A DNA stretch of 62,820 bases, the filler included, from Choristocarpus tenellus KU-1152 (lineage: Eukaryota > Protista > Phaeophyceae): assembly GCA_964200185.2 (NCBI GenBank). It is 8 parts of 8 records of this genome, joined end to end, with 100 filler letters (N's around TTAATTAATTAA, not from the genome) between each part and the next. Parts side by side here need not be neighbours in the genome. Positions count along the whole stretch, not along the records: positions 7,493 to 22,823 come from CAXNAD020001015.1; positions 22,924 to 29,373 come from CAXNAD020008117.1; 6 more parts are not named here. One strand, written 5' to 3'. The position numbers and the translations under genes are program-made. The notes below the pieces were generated by a model that saw only the letters and a program-made list of their open reading frames with translations, searched no databases and was not told the DNA's origin. This document shows positions 11,975 to 23,600 of this stretch, in pieces (within the stretch, counting starts at the first letter, position 1; every line of letters starts with the position of its first letter).

Positions 11975-12234
11975 GACTGAAAGTATCTTAGAGGGTACGA
12001 GTTTTGCCCTGTTTGTCCATTTGGGGCTTGACTTCCCTCGGGGGGTTTTTATGATGTTTTCCTACTCCAAAATATTTCAGAGTAGGTAAAACGTGTATGT
12101 TATGAAAGGGTGTGTCCGTAACAAGGATATTGACACTCCCTAACAAACACGATAGCCAAAATTACATCAAAATCGCAACATTGGATTTTGGCCCCCAAAA
12201 GGACGCTGCTCTACCCTCTATAATACTTTAGCTC
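11975..12234 (-). mobile_element. MITE family B copy, reverse
   Basis: TIRs present; flanks TAGA/TAGG. Confidence 0.93.
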
Positions 12235-14179
12235 TAGGTTTTGGTGGGGCTGATGTTGCGACTTGACATTAAATATGCAGCATAGAAAGGAGTTATAGTG
12301 GAGGTTGCGTTTTGGGAGGGTGAAACCGAGTGTTTCCGAAAGGTGAAGGTTTGGATATGAGCAATCCATAGCTGACCGTTTCCGATCCAGTTACTAGTAC
12401 CACGTGATTGCAGCTTCTTTTCCTTGATTTCCTTTTGTCTTAAATTCTCTTCAATATCTAATATGCATTATAGTAGTAATCCTGTATGCTCTCTTTTGAT
12501 TAGTGTTGATATTGGTGTTGGTGATGCATGGGCTAGGATGAGGCACTCAATTTCTCTCTCCCTTGCATCACTTTGCTGATTCTTTTTCCAAAAAAAATCA
12601 TGCTGGTGATGGTACACAGTATGTCAACGTGGATGTGTACCCCAGGAAATGGATGATAGCACTACATGAATGTTTATTTCCTTTCTCTCTTTTCTTATGA
12701 TTTTATTTCTTAGTCTTTACAATTTTTTCTTTTGTTATCATTATCTTGTACTCTAACCAAAAGACACCTCGGCAACTTGAAACCTACTGTAACCACAATA
12801 TTAAAGTTGTCAAACAAGGAGACCGTCGAGTCATACATGCATTTAATAGCATCTCTGCGCCAGAAACAGCGTGTTCACAAGGCAGCAGGGTCCGACGTTT
12901 TGTCCCCTCGCGGTGACTGCCAGCAACTACTAACTGCCCTCATAAACAACGGGGCAGACACTGTCCGCTTCCAACCTTATGGAAGGGGTGAGGTTCAGCC
13001 TCTAACACAGCCAAAAAAGGGAGTTGGTGGTGTGTGAGAGATTGCTGTAATGTTACAGGCGAATAGTGCAAGTATGTATTCTCATGCTCTAATCAGTGCG
13101 AGCAGTAATCGCACAGGTGGAACCCCAAAGGGGGAACTCCGATTTGCTAAAAGTTGCAGAGTAAGATCCACAACTTAAGAATAAAATGGTTTTCAGATGT
13201 ATTATGGCGTTTGTAAACTCGAAATGGATGATTGTCAGTGACTTCCACCAGTCACTTTCTTTAATCCATGTGTGTCCTACACTTACATTGAATGAAAGTA
13301 TACCTTCATCCGCTGACCTGATATTCACCATCCTCGTTGGACCCTTTGACTGTCAGAGTATCCCAGGAATCCTGTATAGACATCTGCGTCAACTATAGAC
13401 CTGTGAATTGGAGCTATACACCCTGTGGAGGTAAGCTTTGGAGAGTGCTGTCTGTAGCAGTAATTATGGGAGTAGATGCTATAGGGCCACACAACGGTCT
13501 CTTGACATGAGGGTAGGGGTACAAGGTGATGCAGGGCAACAGCTACCAGCATGGAGAGTGGCAGGGAGGGGGGCGGTTGTTTCGGGAAGGCTACATAATG
13601 GGAGAGGGGCGAGGACAGAGGCAGTGAGGGGACAACCAGTGCAGGGAGTAGAGTCTGACCCAGGCGGTGTAGGACGTCTAGAGACAGTAAAGGAATTGAG
13701 TGGTAGGGCAGGACTAGAGATGGAGCAGACGACTCTGGGTCCAGAAGCTGGACTGGGGCAGGGCCAAAACAATTCAAACTGATAGCGACCCTCTCTATGA
13801 CTTACCTTATATAGGCCACAAATGCCTCCCTACCTATTATCCCACACTTTGGTTTGGGTGTACCATTACCGGAGCACCTAAAGCTCTTCAATCTGTTGCT
13901 CTCTAACGCTCCTCCTGGGCATCGCAGTCAAATAGGATGTGTGGGTATTCAAGTTTTGCCGAATATTTCAGCGTTCAAGGTATGAGGGCTTGGACTTGCA
14001 CCGTCCCTGAACCAATGCACTGCATCCAAGTTCAGGGTACGCTGATAAGCAGTACCCTTGGAAAACAACGAAACAGCTGCCACTGTTCTGAGTGTGTAGG
14101 TAGTGTAAAAGGTTGCTTAAAATATACTTGAAGTGTACTTGAATAACAATCATTGGTTCATATCCATACTCATTGTGAG

Positions 14180-14345
14180 TCAGGAATGCATTGGAAACTG
14201 AAACAACACATCAGGACATCCCTGACAAGCATATATACCTGGAAGTTTGCCATTATATGTACTCCCTGTTGTTTTCATGTTTCCATAATGCTTCAATACA
14301 TTGGGAACTCAAACAACATATCAGAACATTTCTGACGAGCATTTG
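14180..14345. repeat. Direct repeat, about 50-bp core, period about 110 bp
   Basis: AATGCATTGGAAACTGAAACAACACATCAGGACATCCCTGACAAGCAT vs AATACATTGGGAACTCAAACAACATATCAGAACATTTCTGACGAGCAT. Confidence 0.8.
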
Positions 14346-15196
14346 CTTTGGATCTTTCATGTCATCTGCTCCTTGCTGTACCTCTTCCTCATATACAGAC
14401 AGCACTATACCATCAATTGTTTCGATTATTTTCTTTACCATTTCATGCTATAGTGCGCCCATTCCTCCCTGTTCCTTCTCAAATGTTGTCCTGTGGTCCA
14501 CTCCTGGCGTCATGAACAATAGCCACCACTCTGCAACTATTCCTGCTTTCATGCATATTGATGATGAAACAAGGAAAGTTCTACGGACTTCGGAGGTGGA
14601 ACCAGGTTCCCCGGAAAAATAATCTAACGATGACCAGGTTCGAACCCATGCACGTATTCGCAGAAGTCGTGATTGTTGACTACTAACCACCAACCAAAGC
14701 ATTGATGTCGTTCATAATCAAATTTATTCAACGTCACTCAGGAGACCCACCCTTTCACGATTTTATCCACAACGATAAATTTGTGACAGCTGGGAACAAG
14801 CAATGGCATTAGACGAACGGAACACGCTCCTAATACAACAAAACAAGACTCGCATGAAAATCTCTATCGAATTAACTGGGCTTTGCCGCCCCACCATTCT
14901 GGGGTCTGACTTACCTCATCCCCAACACAGGCCAATGCTGCTCTCTTGCCCAACAAAATGAGTGAGAGGGAATTTGATCAGATTCAGGAGTTTGATCACC
15001 CCATCATCAAATAATTTGGCGCTGCACTGTCTCCCCCTGCCTATCGACCTCAGTCTGTCCCTCTGCCACCCTAACTCCTTGCTTTAACAAAACTGCGCCA
15101 CTCATGACCTCATTCCCCAAGGTGAACGCAGAATATGTATCCTTTCCCCGTTTAACAACACGGTTTTGCATGAAAAACTTCCCCCACTTAGATATA

Positions 15197-15453
15197 GAAC
15201 CAAACGGAGTGAGAGGTAGGCAGGGTTGCATGTTAAGGATCTGAAGAAAGGGTAAAAAGACACCGTTTGTACAATTGCAGAAATATCTTTGCTGATTTAT
15301 GGTGTCACCTTGTGTGTGGAAAGGGAGAATATCGATTTTATATACACTATTGTGCATATAAAGAAATGAAGTAGAGTGTACTGAACAGGGTAAGAAAGAT
15401 AGCTTAGAGTGCAAAGGGGTCAAAATCTGCCTACCTCTCCATTCATTTGCCTC
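15197..15453 (+). mobile_element. MITE family C copy
   Basis: GAACCAAAC....TGAGAGGTAGGCAG / CTGCCTACCTCTCCATTCATTTGCCTC; body matches 8671. Confidence 0.92.
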
Positions 15454-15959
15454 ATTAATCAGGTAATATGTACTATAATATTATTGTTATGCCCACTGTC
15501 AGGAACCTGAAAACAAGCTAGGAAACCACACAACAAGAGCATCTGCAATAATGTCCATTTCCAATATACCTCTTTAAACATATACCAACTACTATTAATA
15601 GTACACAACAAACGTCACTAGCTGGATTGTTCCCTACAAGAAGATTTTCACATTGCCAATTGTCCTCATAACCCATCCCTACAACAATGGTTGACGACCT
15701 AGGGAAGAGTAAAAGGATGTGTGAGACCCCTTCTTACCCACCGGTTCTGTGCGTCCAAGGTTGAAATACATGACCTGCCTCGAGAGAACTACCTATTCAG
15801 TTATGGACATTATCTCTCACAAACAACTCTTGACAACCCCTTTTCTATTATTGTTTGGAATTACCATTTTCTTCTTCTTGTTCATATAATTTGTCTCAAG
15901 GTTCCTGGAACCCCAGGCCCACCATAAAATATATGGTACGATTATAATAGTCAGAATAC

Positions 15960-16465
15960 AGTGTTTTAAATACGACGACTGTTGTTGCTTTTACAGCGGT
16001 CCTTGTGATATTGGTTCGACTTTTTCCTTGACACATCTGCAAAATGGCAGAGGGTATAATAATATATATATGGGGTGCAGGGCTAAGCTAGGTTGGAGGC
16101 ATAGGGGGGGAGTGGTGTAGCATAGCTGATAGTATAATAGTAAGTAGGTGATAGAAAAATGTCTTTGACATTTACAACAAGTATTGCTTTTTCAGAGGTT
16201 CTGATATTGAATTAGCTTTTCATCGTCTTTTCCCCTGACACATCTGCAAAATGTCAGAGGGCATAAAAATATAATATATTTTTATTATTATGCCCTCTGA
16301 CATTTTGTAGATGTGTCAGGGGAAAACCGATGAAAATTATTCACATGTCAGAAAACCCCCTAAGAAAGTAACAGTGGTCATAAATGTGAAAGACATTGAT
16401 CTATTTGCTGTTTTACTATAAGCTATGCTGCAACACTGCCTTCCAGTTTAGTTGGCTGTACAGTA
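15960..16465. mobile_element. Three units of hairpin-headed repeat family F (15960-16070 minus, 16071-16275 minus, 16276-16465 plus)
   Basis: Each unit begins TTAT(A/G)CCCTCTG(A/C)CATTTTG(T/C)AGATGTGTCA; the last two are head-to-head and form an inverted repeat of about 330 bp. Confidence 0.85.
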
Positions 16466-16661
16466 TGACTACAAAAAAGCTGTTCACGGTATATGTGTAC
16501 TTCATTGTATCGTGAGAGCTAAAGCTCAGGGAACATGCCTATTTTTTATTAGCTGATTTCACCATCTCCAATTTCCCATTTCCAAGTTCCAGGGGAAACA
16601 AAGAATGGGATTTTCCGGCTTGAAGTCGGCCACCGAGGTGTGAAAATGCCATTTAACACTG

Positions 16662-16929
16662 GAGTCAAAGTATCTTTGAGGGTAGAGCCGCGTCCATTTG
16701 GGGCCAAAATCCAATGTTGCAATTTTGATGTAATTTTGTCTATCATGTTGTTAGGAGATGTCAATATCCTTGTTCCAGACACACCTTTTCTTAATGTATA
16801 AATTTTACCTACTCCGAAACGTTTCGGAGTAGGTAAAATGTCATTAAAAAAACATGGGAAGCCAAGCCCCAATTTGACAAACAGGGAAAAACTCTTACTC
16901 TTACTCTAACTCTTAAGATACTTTCACTC
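16662..16929 (+). mobile_element. MITE family B copy, TSD ACTG
   Basis: TIRs present; ACTG on both flanks; perfect 38-bp internal palindrome at 16802-16839. Confidence 0.95.
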
Positions 16930-16998
16930 ACTGGTCAGAAAAGGCTATGCACACGCTCGCACTAACTTGTTCAAGGACACAATGGCAACCTACAACCC

Positions 16999-17258
16999 AA
17001 CCCAAAGCATTTAAGAGGGTAGGGTCAAGTCCGTTTGGGGTCATAAATCCAATGTTGCGATTTTGATGTAATTTTGGCTATCGCGTTTTTTAACAAGTGC
17101 CATTATCCTTCCTCTGGAAACACCTTTCATAGTCGTGTACATTTTAGGTAACCGTGCTCACACAGAAAACCGAAAAAGGATTAAAAAAATCCGTGGGAAG
17201 CCCAAGCCCCGAACGGACAAACAGGGCAAAACTCCTACCCCCTTAAATGCTTTGACTC
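16999..17258 (+). mobile_element. MITE family B variant (B')
   Basis: B-like body but both TIRs read CAAAGCATTTAAG(A/G)GGGTAGG; internal palindrome absent; flanks ACCC/ACCA. Confidence 0.88.
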
Positions 17259-18189
17259 ACCAACAAAATACAACATGCAGCATGGAACATACAAGCACTG
17301 CAGAAGAAGAAAGAAGGAGTGAAAGAAGAACGAATAATTAAAATGGAAAAGTGAGAAGAGAAACAACCCATTAGTGTATCCAATCCGTAGTACAAAATAT
17401 AGCCCAGAAGGTGTAATGTACCAGCACCCCAAAATTTTGAGTCACACCAACTCAATCCAATGCGAAAAACAACGCTCATAAATGCTCCACAAATGACAGA
17501 AAGAGAGCGTTGTCACGCATCGCCAGGCCCTATGGGCAAAGAGGGGAAAAGAAAAGAAAATAAATGTCGTAAATATCCGTCCAGTCCCCCCCAAAATATA
17601 CTACTTGTCGTATGTCACACAGAGGAGAGAAATGGAAGAAGGACACAAGTATAATCAATCCCCCGAAAAAGAGAGAAAGATAAAAGTGACGTTCAGCATA
17701 CATTGGTGAGTGGGCATACGTGTGCTCCGACCAGCTTGGGTTGGCTTAGGTTCTGTGTTAGGACCAAATACGTGAGCTATACCACAGCTTTCTTGGAAGA
17801 TCACTCGTCCATGAGGGTTACTGTCTAGTCAAACTCACACTATGATGTGTTTGGTTTATTGCCCTTCTACTTCATTCCTCAACAATTGTGATCCTAAATG
17901 TCTCAAGGTTGTCTTCCAGGCATGTCAACTACTTTTTCTAATGTCCACCTTGCTACGCTTTCTACCTGTGACCTCCCCAAACACCAACAACACCTCAAGT
18001 AAGTGTACAATTGACCCTGTCAACAGAATCTGCGTTTTTACACGACAGTTAATTGGCTCGATATACTGTCACACCCAGTTTTCGCAAGGGCATCTTTGAA
18101 GACAATGTGTGATCGATGCGTTCACGTTCTATCTATTTGGAATCCGATCCAGTATGGGGTGGGATTTTTGGTGGTGAAAGTGAAGCTTT

Positions 18190-18449
18190 GGGTCAAAGAA
18201 AGTAAGCGAGGTACACAGGTTTGCATTCTAGGGATGCTGACAAATATGTGCAAATTTCGACTTTTCGTACAAATTCGCGCCAGGAATTTTCTGAATTCTG
18301 TATAAAATTGTTGAACAATAGAGAGATCAACGCTTTCAAATCAATCTTAGTACTTCATCCATAGAAATATGTTTGAATTGGAGACGACGAAAAACATGGC
18401 TTAAAATGCCAAACTACCAAAAACTGGGTACCTATCATTTACTTGACTC
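18190..18449 (+). mobile_element. MITE family D copy
   Basis: GGGTCAAAG...GAGGTACACAGGTTTGCATT ... CTGGGTACCTATCATTTACTTGACTC; flanks CTTT/CTTG. Confidence 0.9.
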
Positions 18450-18837
18450 CTTGTATGGTGGACCTCTCTATCAAATTAATGTCCATGATCTCATACAACC
18501 ATTATGTAACGGTACTTGAGCATATATATTAAGCTCAAGTGATACACACCTAAATATGGTTCTGGCATTAAAGCATCTGGGTGTAATTGTGGAACAACCT
18601 TTCTTTGACTTTTTGGGTCAGTCAACTGATCTCAGTAGTAATATCAGCTTCAATACTGATTGTTTCTTTCGAAGATAGAAACTACATATTGTCAGTCTCC
18701 TAGTAGTCGGTTTAGTAAAGCCCAGATTTGCATGATGTCTACTGCCCTTCTGGGGGGGTCAAAGGTATACTCTCTATCTTCAATTCAGAGTCTTTCGGTT
18801 CGAATGACCCGATCATCTTCACCATCTCTACAATTAT

Positions 18838-19028
18838 TTATATATATTTTATTATTATGCCCTGTGACATTTTGTAGATGTGTCAGAGGGGAAACCAATT
18901 GAAAACTATTCCCATGTCAGTGCAAGCCCTAAAGAAGTAAAATATGTCACAAATATATGTGAGAAACACTAATCCATGTTGTACTACTGCCTTCCTGTGC
19001 CTCCAAACTTATATATTCCTGTACCCCA
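18838..19028 (+). mobile_element. Family F unit
   Basis: TATATATTTTATTATTATGCCCTGTGACATTTTGTAGATGTGTCAG ... TGCCTCCAA....CCTGTACCCCA, matching the 16071-16275 unit end to end. Confidence 0.85.
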
Positions 19029-20612
19029 GGGCGAGGAGGTAGGGAGGCATCCCAAGAATCCAACAAACCCCTCGGTGACTCCAGGTTAAAACGCATGACA
19101 TCTCTACAATTATCCCTAACAAATATAATTGTTGGTTCTTACTCTGAAACATCTTGAGCACAATTCCCCAAACACACAACTTTTCATTTTGTGTTTGGTA
19201 ATATCTATCTCCAATTTCTAATTGGCTATAAAAAATGTGTGTGAGGATGTCAGCGGCGTAAAATACAATACTGGTGTGGAAAACTTGTTGATCCTGTGTC
19301 CAAACATACCTTCTCCCTTCCTCTATTTTGGTACTTTAAAGTATATGTGGTGACAAAAACCATACCATATTCTTTTATCGATATGAAATAATATTACCTG
19401 ATTGGCTGAGTATGTTATGTAAAACAAAACAAGCAGGAGTAGGTCAACCAACTCAAACTTTGCCTGGGATGACATGGCGATGACCTAGAGGAATATGACA
19501 TTGCTGTGATGTAGAGCGTCTTAGAGACGATCTTGTGAGGAGGTGCTTATTTTATCGACAGGTGTTCTATGTTTTCACCTTGATCAGACTGGATAAAGAG
19601 GCTGGTATCCCGCTTACGGTCTTTGACTTGAGATCTTCTAGATCGAATGGCTTTTGAGGGTTCTGAACTGGGAGAGCGAACCCTTCGCGGTTTAGTTCGA
19701 ACTGTGAGTGGGGGTTTCGATAGATTCATTGAAAGGGGGGGGAGTTTTGCCGAAGATCAATGCAAGGGTGGATCAAGCGAAGATGTGAGTAAGAGACCTT
19801 TAGGTGGAGAAGTCCCTATCGTTTCTTGGTACATCCTAATATAAGTTTATCTGGAGAAGCGATTTTGTAGTCTTCAGCCCTACCAATGAGCCGATTGGTT
19901 GTAGATTGATTGGATCGAGCATGTATCTTGGAACAATACATGTTTAGAGACTGAAACAAACTCTATAGAAGAGTTCGAAGACGAAATATAACACAACGAT
20001 GGTTTGGTGTTGGACGTGCAATCGACACTGTTAACATTACTTCGCTTTCACACCCTCTCACACTCTTGTGTATGGTCCAACTCAGTTACAGTGGGCTAAA
20101 GTGATTGCCTAGTGATGTGCTGTGTCTAATGGGCTTCATATATGGAACCGTTACACTTCCAGCCTATAGTTTCAGTCATGCGTTCAATCCGTTCAGTTGA
20201 TTCGGTAAACGATATATCTTCTCTACTCTGGTTTGCAATTCCTATGTGACCATTCAAAGTGGAACATCCGATTGTTCTTTGGTGCTAAACGCGTTGAGAA
20301 ATACCTAGTGCGACTACATTTATTGGTAGTCTCCACCACTTTTTGATACCTGCAGAAATGGCAAGGAGTTTCTTATGCATATGTAGCATTTCCCCTTGCC
20401 GCCTAAAACATGAATAATTTTCAGAAGGCTTCCATCTCAATACCCCTACCCGGGTAGCGTGTGCCCCGCAAGCACACCCAACCTGCTCTTGATACTAACC
20501 CACAATCTATGTATTTCATTTTCAACCTGAGGTCACCATTAAGCTCAAAGTTCCAATCCCTCCTAATAAGCAACCTTAACTTTTTTACTATCCCCTTATC
20601 GTCATTTTCTAG

Positions 20613-22387
20613 GAGGTCCCAGAGTGCAGGGTCTGCCGTGGAGAACCTGAGTCAGGACGCCCTCTCTACTCACCTTGTCTATGTAGTGGATCGATCATGT
20701 GAGATGACTTTGTTTACATACGTTCAAGCCACCAAATGCACCCTGCAATAAGTACAAATGTGATTATTGAGTGTGGTATTGTCACCCACCCCCATACTAG
20801 AACAGTAGCCAAGTTGATATTCTGTTGCCATCTCTCCAATCATATCTTACAAGGCTCTGTAGTATGTGATACATAGAATGGTCCTTCTCTGCTCCCTAAC
20901 ATGTTTGCTATTTCCATTCTCGACCCTGCTCAGAGTAATCTTGAATAGACTGGCAGGGTGACCTTATTTCTTTCCCTGACCTGCCCTGCTCCTAATGGTG
21001 TGTCCTGTGAGATGAACAAAAAAAATTTCTTGTGGAAAAATTATCACCATTACATGTTTTCTTGTCAAAGAAATAATTATATTTTCTTTTTCTAAAGGTA
21101 CACCCATGAAGACTGCCTCCTTCAGTGGCTGCAGCATAGTGGCAAGGACAGCTGTGAGCTCTGCAGCTCTCCGTTCTCCTTTACTCCTGTGTACTCTCCA
21201 GACACGCCTGCTCAGCTGCCCGCTTGGCAGGTAATTGTATCAATCTTGAAAGGAACTCTTTTGATTGCACTGCTGGTTTGGGATATTTTTTCCCCCTCCC
21301 TTTTAACGTGTGCAGTCCAACTCTAATCTTTTGAGAGATGAGGGTGGATGAGTCGAGTGTGGGGAGGCAGGCGTTTGGTCTTTTGTTCAGACATTTGACA
21401 GCTCTCTATATTTTGCTTGCCCAGAGCAACCCAGAGAGAGCACTTCAGAGCAGTGGTATTGGAATTAGAGGAGACAACATAGCACCCATGTAGCACAGTT
21501 TAATGTTTGGTGTTACAAATGACAAGAGTATTTTCTGTGTAATGTACGTTATTGAGCAAATGACTCCTAGCGCTGTCCCGGACAGCAGACTTTACAGGGT
21601 GAACGGGCACTAGCTTTTTTGAAGAAAAAAAAATGGACTCTATTACTAAAGTGGCACTGGGCGGCATTGTCCTGAACAATGGACTTTGCTGACTAGATGT
21701 ACCCAAGTGTCATGCAAGGCAATGGATGTTACAGAGCTAATGCTGATGAGCATTTGTTGGACAACAGATGTTATGAACAAGTATTGCGGACGTTGATGTA
21801 TGTATGGATATATATATATATATATATATTTTTTTTCATTTTAATCATTTTTTTGTTCAGTCATGTTTCTTCGACGATACTAGTAGTTGTCTTCGTGGCG
21901 GGGCAGGGGACATGGGGAGAGTTTGTCTTTCTTGTTGAGGGAGATGTCAGAGGGTTAAATTGACACACACACACACACACACACACACAACACATACATA
22001 TATATATATTTTTTTGCGATTTTTTTTTCTCGTTTGGGCATTGTTGGGCTGCGTTTGGTACCTCCACTAGCGCCTGCAGTGTGTACAGCGTGTTCCCCCA
22101 CGGCTGACTGTTGACTGTGTTGTCTTTGTCTGTGTTGTCTTTGTCTGTTATGTGCCGATGGAACTCCTTTTCTTCTTCTTATTAATTTTTGACTGAGCTT
22201 TGTGCATTCCCGCCTTGATGTTGAACCATCTCCACCCACCCCCTCCCCTTCTTCAATGCTCTTGAATGTTCTTGTCTTTGCAGAGGCGAACGGCTATTGA
22301 TACACAGTACCTTTTGAGCATGTGATACTTCTGTAGTACTGTTCACTGCCCTTTGTTCATCAGAAAGCCTTGCATCCCCCTCCGACA

Positions 22388-22436
<49 letters not shown>

Positions 22437-22792
22437 CCCCCCCCCCCCCCCCTCCCCCTCCTCCCCTCCTTTCCCCTCCCTTCCCCTCCCCTTCCTCCTC
22501 TCCTCCNNNNNNNNNNCTTTGTTCATCAGAAAGCCTTGCATCCCCCTCCGACATCCCCCCCCCTCCCCCCCCCTTTGCCTCGCTCCAATTCTGTCACTCA
22601 CCTCTGAAGCATTGCATTGCACTGAACCTTGCCATTTGGGTTGTCTTTACCTGCTTGTGCCTATTATCGATTGGCACAGATAGGGGCAACATGCTGCAGG
22701 AAAGCTTTGCTTCAGTGGCTTCCCCTGGTCCTTAGATTGTTATTCGTGGCGGTGCTCTGGTTGTTGGTGGTTCCCCTGTGCACAAGCTGGTT
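20613..22792 (+). CDS. MARCH6: RING-CH (RINGv) ERAD E3 ubiquitin ligase, MARCH6/Doa10/SUD1 family; partial, exons 20613-20698, 21098-21230, 22680-22792
   Basis: Spliced translation EVPECRVCRGEPESGRPLYSPCLCSGSIM|YTHEDCLLQWLQHSGKDSCELCSSPFSFTPVYSPDTPAQLPAWQ|IGATCCRKALLQWLPLVLRLLFVAVLWLLVVPLCTSW: full C4HC3 RINGv, the F.F.PVYSPD.P motif and the first TM. All introns GT-AG and in phase. First exon unresolved; 3' end cut by contig end. Confidence 0.93.
21808..22012. repeat. (TA)n and (CA)n microsatellites in MARCH6 intron
   Basis: Seen directly at about 21808-21829 and 21963-22008. Confidence 0.9.
22351..22575. repeat. Poly-C tract with a flanking sequence duplicated across a 10-N gap
   Basis: CTTTGTTCATCAGAAAGCCTTGCATCCCCCTCCGACATCCCCC occurs at 22351 and again at 22517 after N10 (22507-22516); probable scaffolding artefact. 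Confidence 0.85.
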
Positions 22793-22823
22793 GTGAGTTC
22801 TTGGTGGCCGGGGGGGGAGGGGG

Positions 22824-22923
22824 NNNNNNNNNNNNNNNNNNNNNNNNNNNNNNNNNNNNNNNNNNNNTTAATTAATTAANNNNNNNNNNNNNNNNNNNNN
22901 NNNNNNNNNNNNNNNNNNNNNNN
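22824..22923. other. Artificial contig linker
   Basis: N44-TTAATTAATTAA-N44. Confidence 0.99.
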
Positions 22924-22943
22924 CCCCCCAGATACTTTGAGCC
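22924..22943 (+). mobile_element. Family A right TIR at contig start
   Basis: CCCCCCAGATACTTTGAGCC. Confidence 0.8.
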
Positions 22944-23338
22944 TACTCAATATAATAAAAGAGACGTCTGCATTTTTTTATTTATGCCTGGGGGTATAGG
23001 TTCACGATGTTGATCCAGCAAGTTGAAATCGTGGTCAAACAATTGGTCAAATCTGCAAATCTGGCACTTGTCCTTGTGTGTGTTGTTGAAACAATGAAGA
23101 CACTGTTACGCCGTTTCACAACTCTTTGGAAGTTATTGTGTCCAATAAAATGGTGCACTGATACTGAGAGTCATGGTAGACGTCTATCATCCTCCATAGA
23201 GATATAAAGAGGTGTGTCTGTGAGGAATTATGAAGAGGGAGGTGAAGGACGGCGGGGAATTGGTTCCGATTTCATTGTGGAAAAGTTCGATTGTCGACTA
23301 CTCTTGGGTTAACCATACACATCATTATTCACCGATAA

Positions 23339-23600
23339 GAGCCAAAGTATCTTAGAGGGTAGAGCCACGTCCGTTTGGCGGTCAAAATCCAATGCTGAAA
23401 GTTTGGTGTAATTTTGGCCATCGTGTTTGTTAGGAAGTGTCAATATTCTTGTTCTGGACACACCTTTTCATAGCGTACACATTTTAGTTACTCCAAAAAA
23501 TTTCGGAGTAGGTAAAATGTCATTTTAAAAAAACTGTTGGGAATCCAAGCCCAAATGGACAAACAGGGCAAAACTTCTACCCTCTAAGATACTTTCACTC
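23339..23600 (+). mobile_element. MITE family B copy
   Basis: Intact TIRs and body; flanks ATAA/TTGG do not match (no TSD). Confidence 0.93.

Larger units (their letters stand above)
10535..13782 (+). pseudogene. Candidate spliced orphan gene or pseudogene (exons 10535-10625, 10768-10808, 12819-12987/12992, 13357-)
   Basis: AG/GT-bounded, phase-compatible exons giving DGFSGDRKYEPFKKLVEVVRLELEYDSEFA|GIRTPSGSICVESP|ETVESYMHLIASLRQKQ...; last exon has in-frame stops at 13396 and 13432. No recognisable domain. Confidence 0.35.

Noticed and set aside
17800-18180. RTE-like LINE 3' end on the minus strand
   Set aside because: Only vague peptide resemblance through several stops; not supportable without a search.
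22182-22735. Poly-Pro and poly-Gly ORFs in the track
   Set aside because: Translations of an intronic poly-C tract and an artefactual duplication across a 10-N gap inside the MARCH6 gene.
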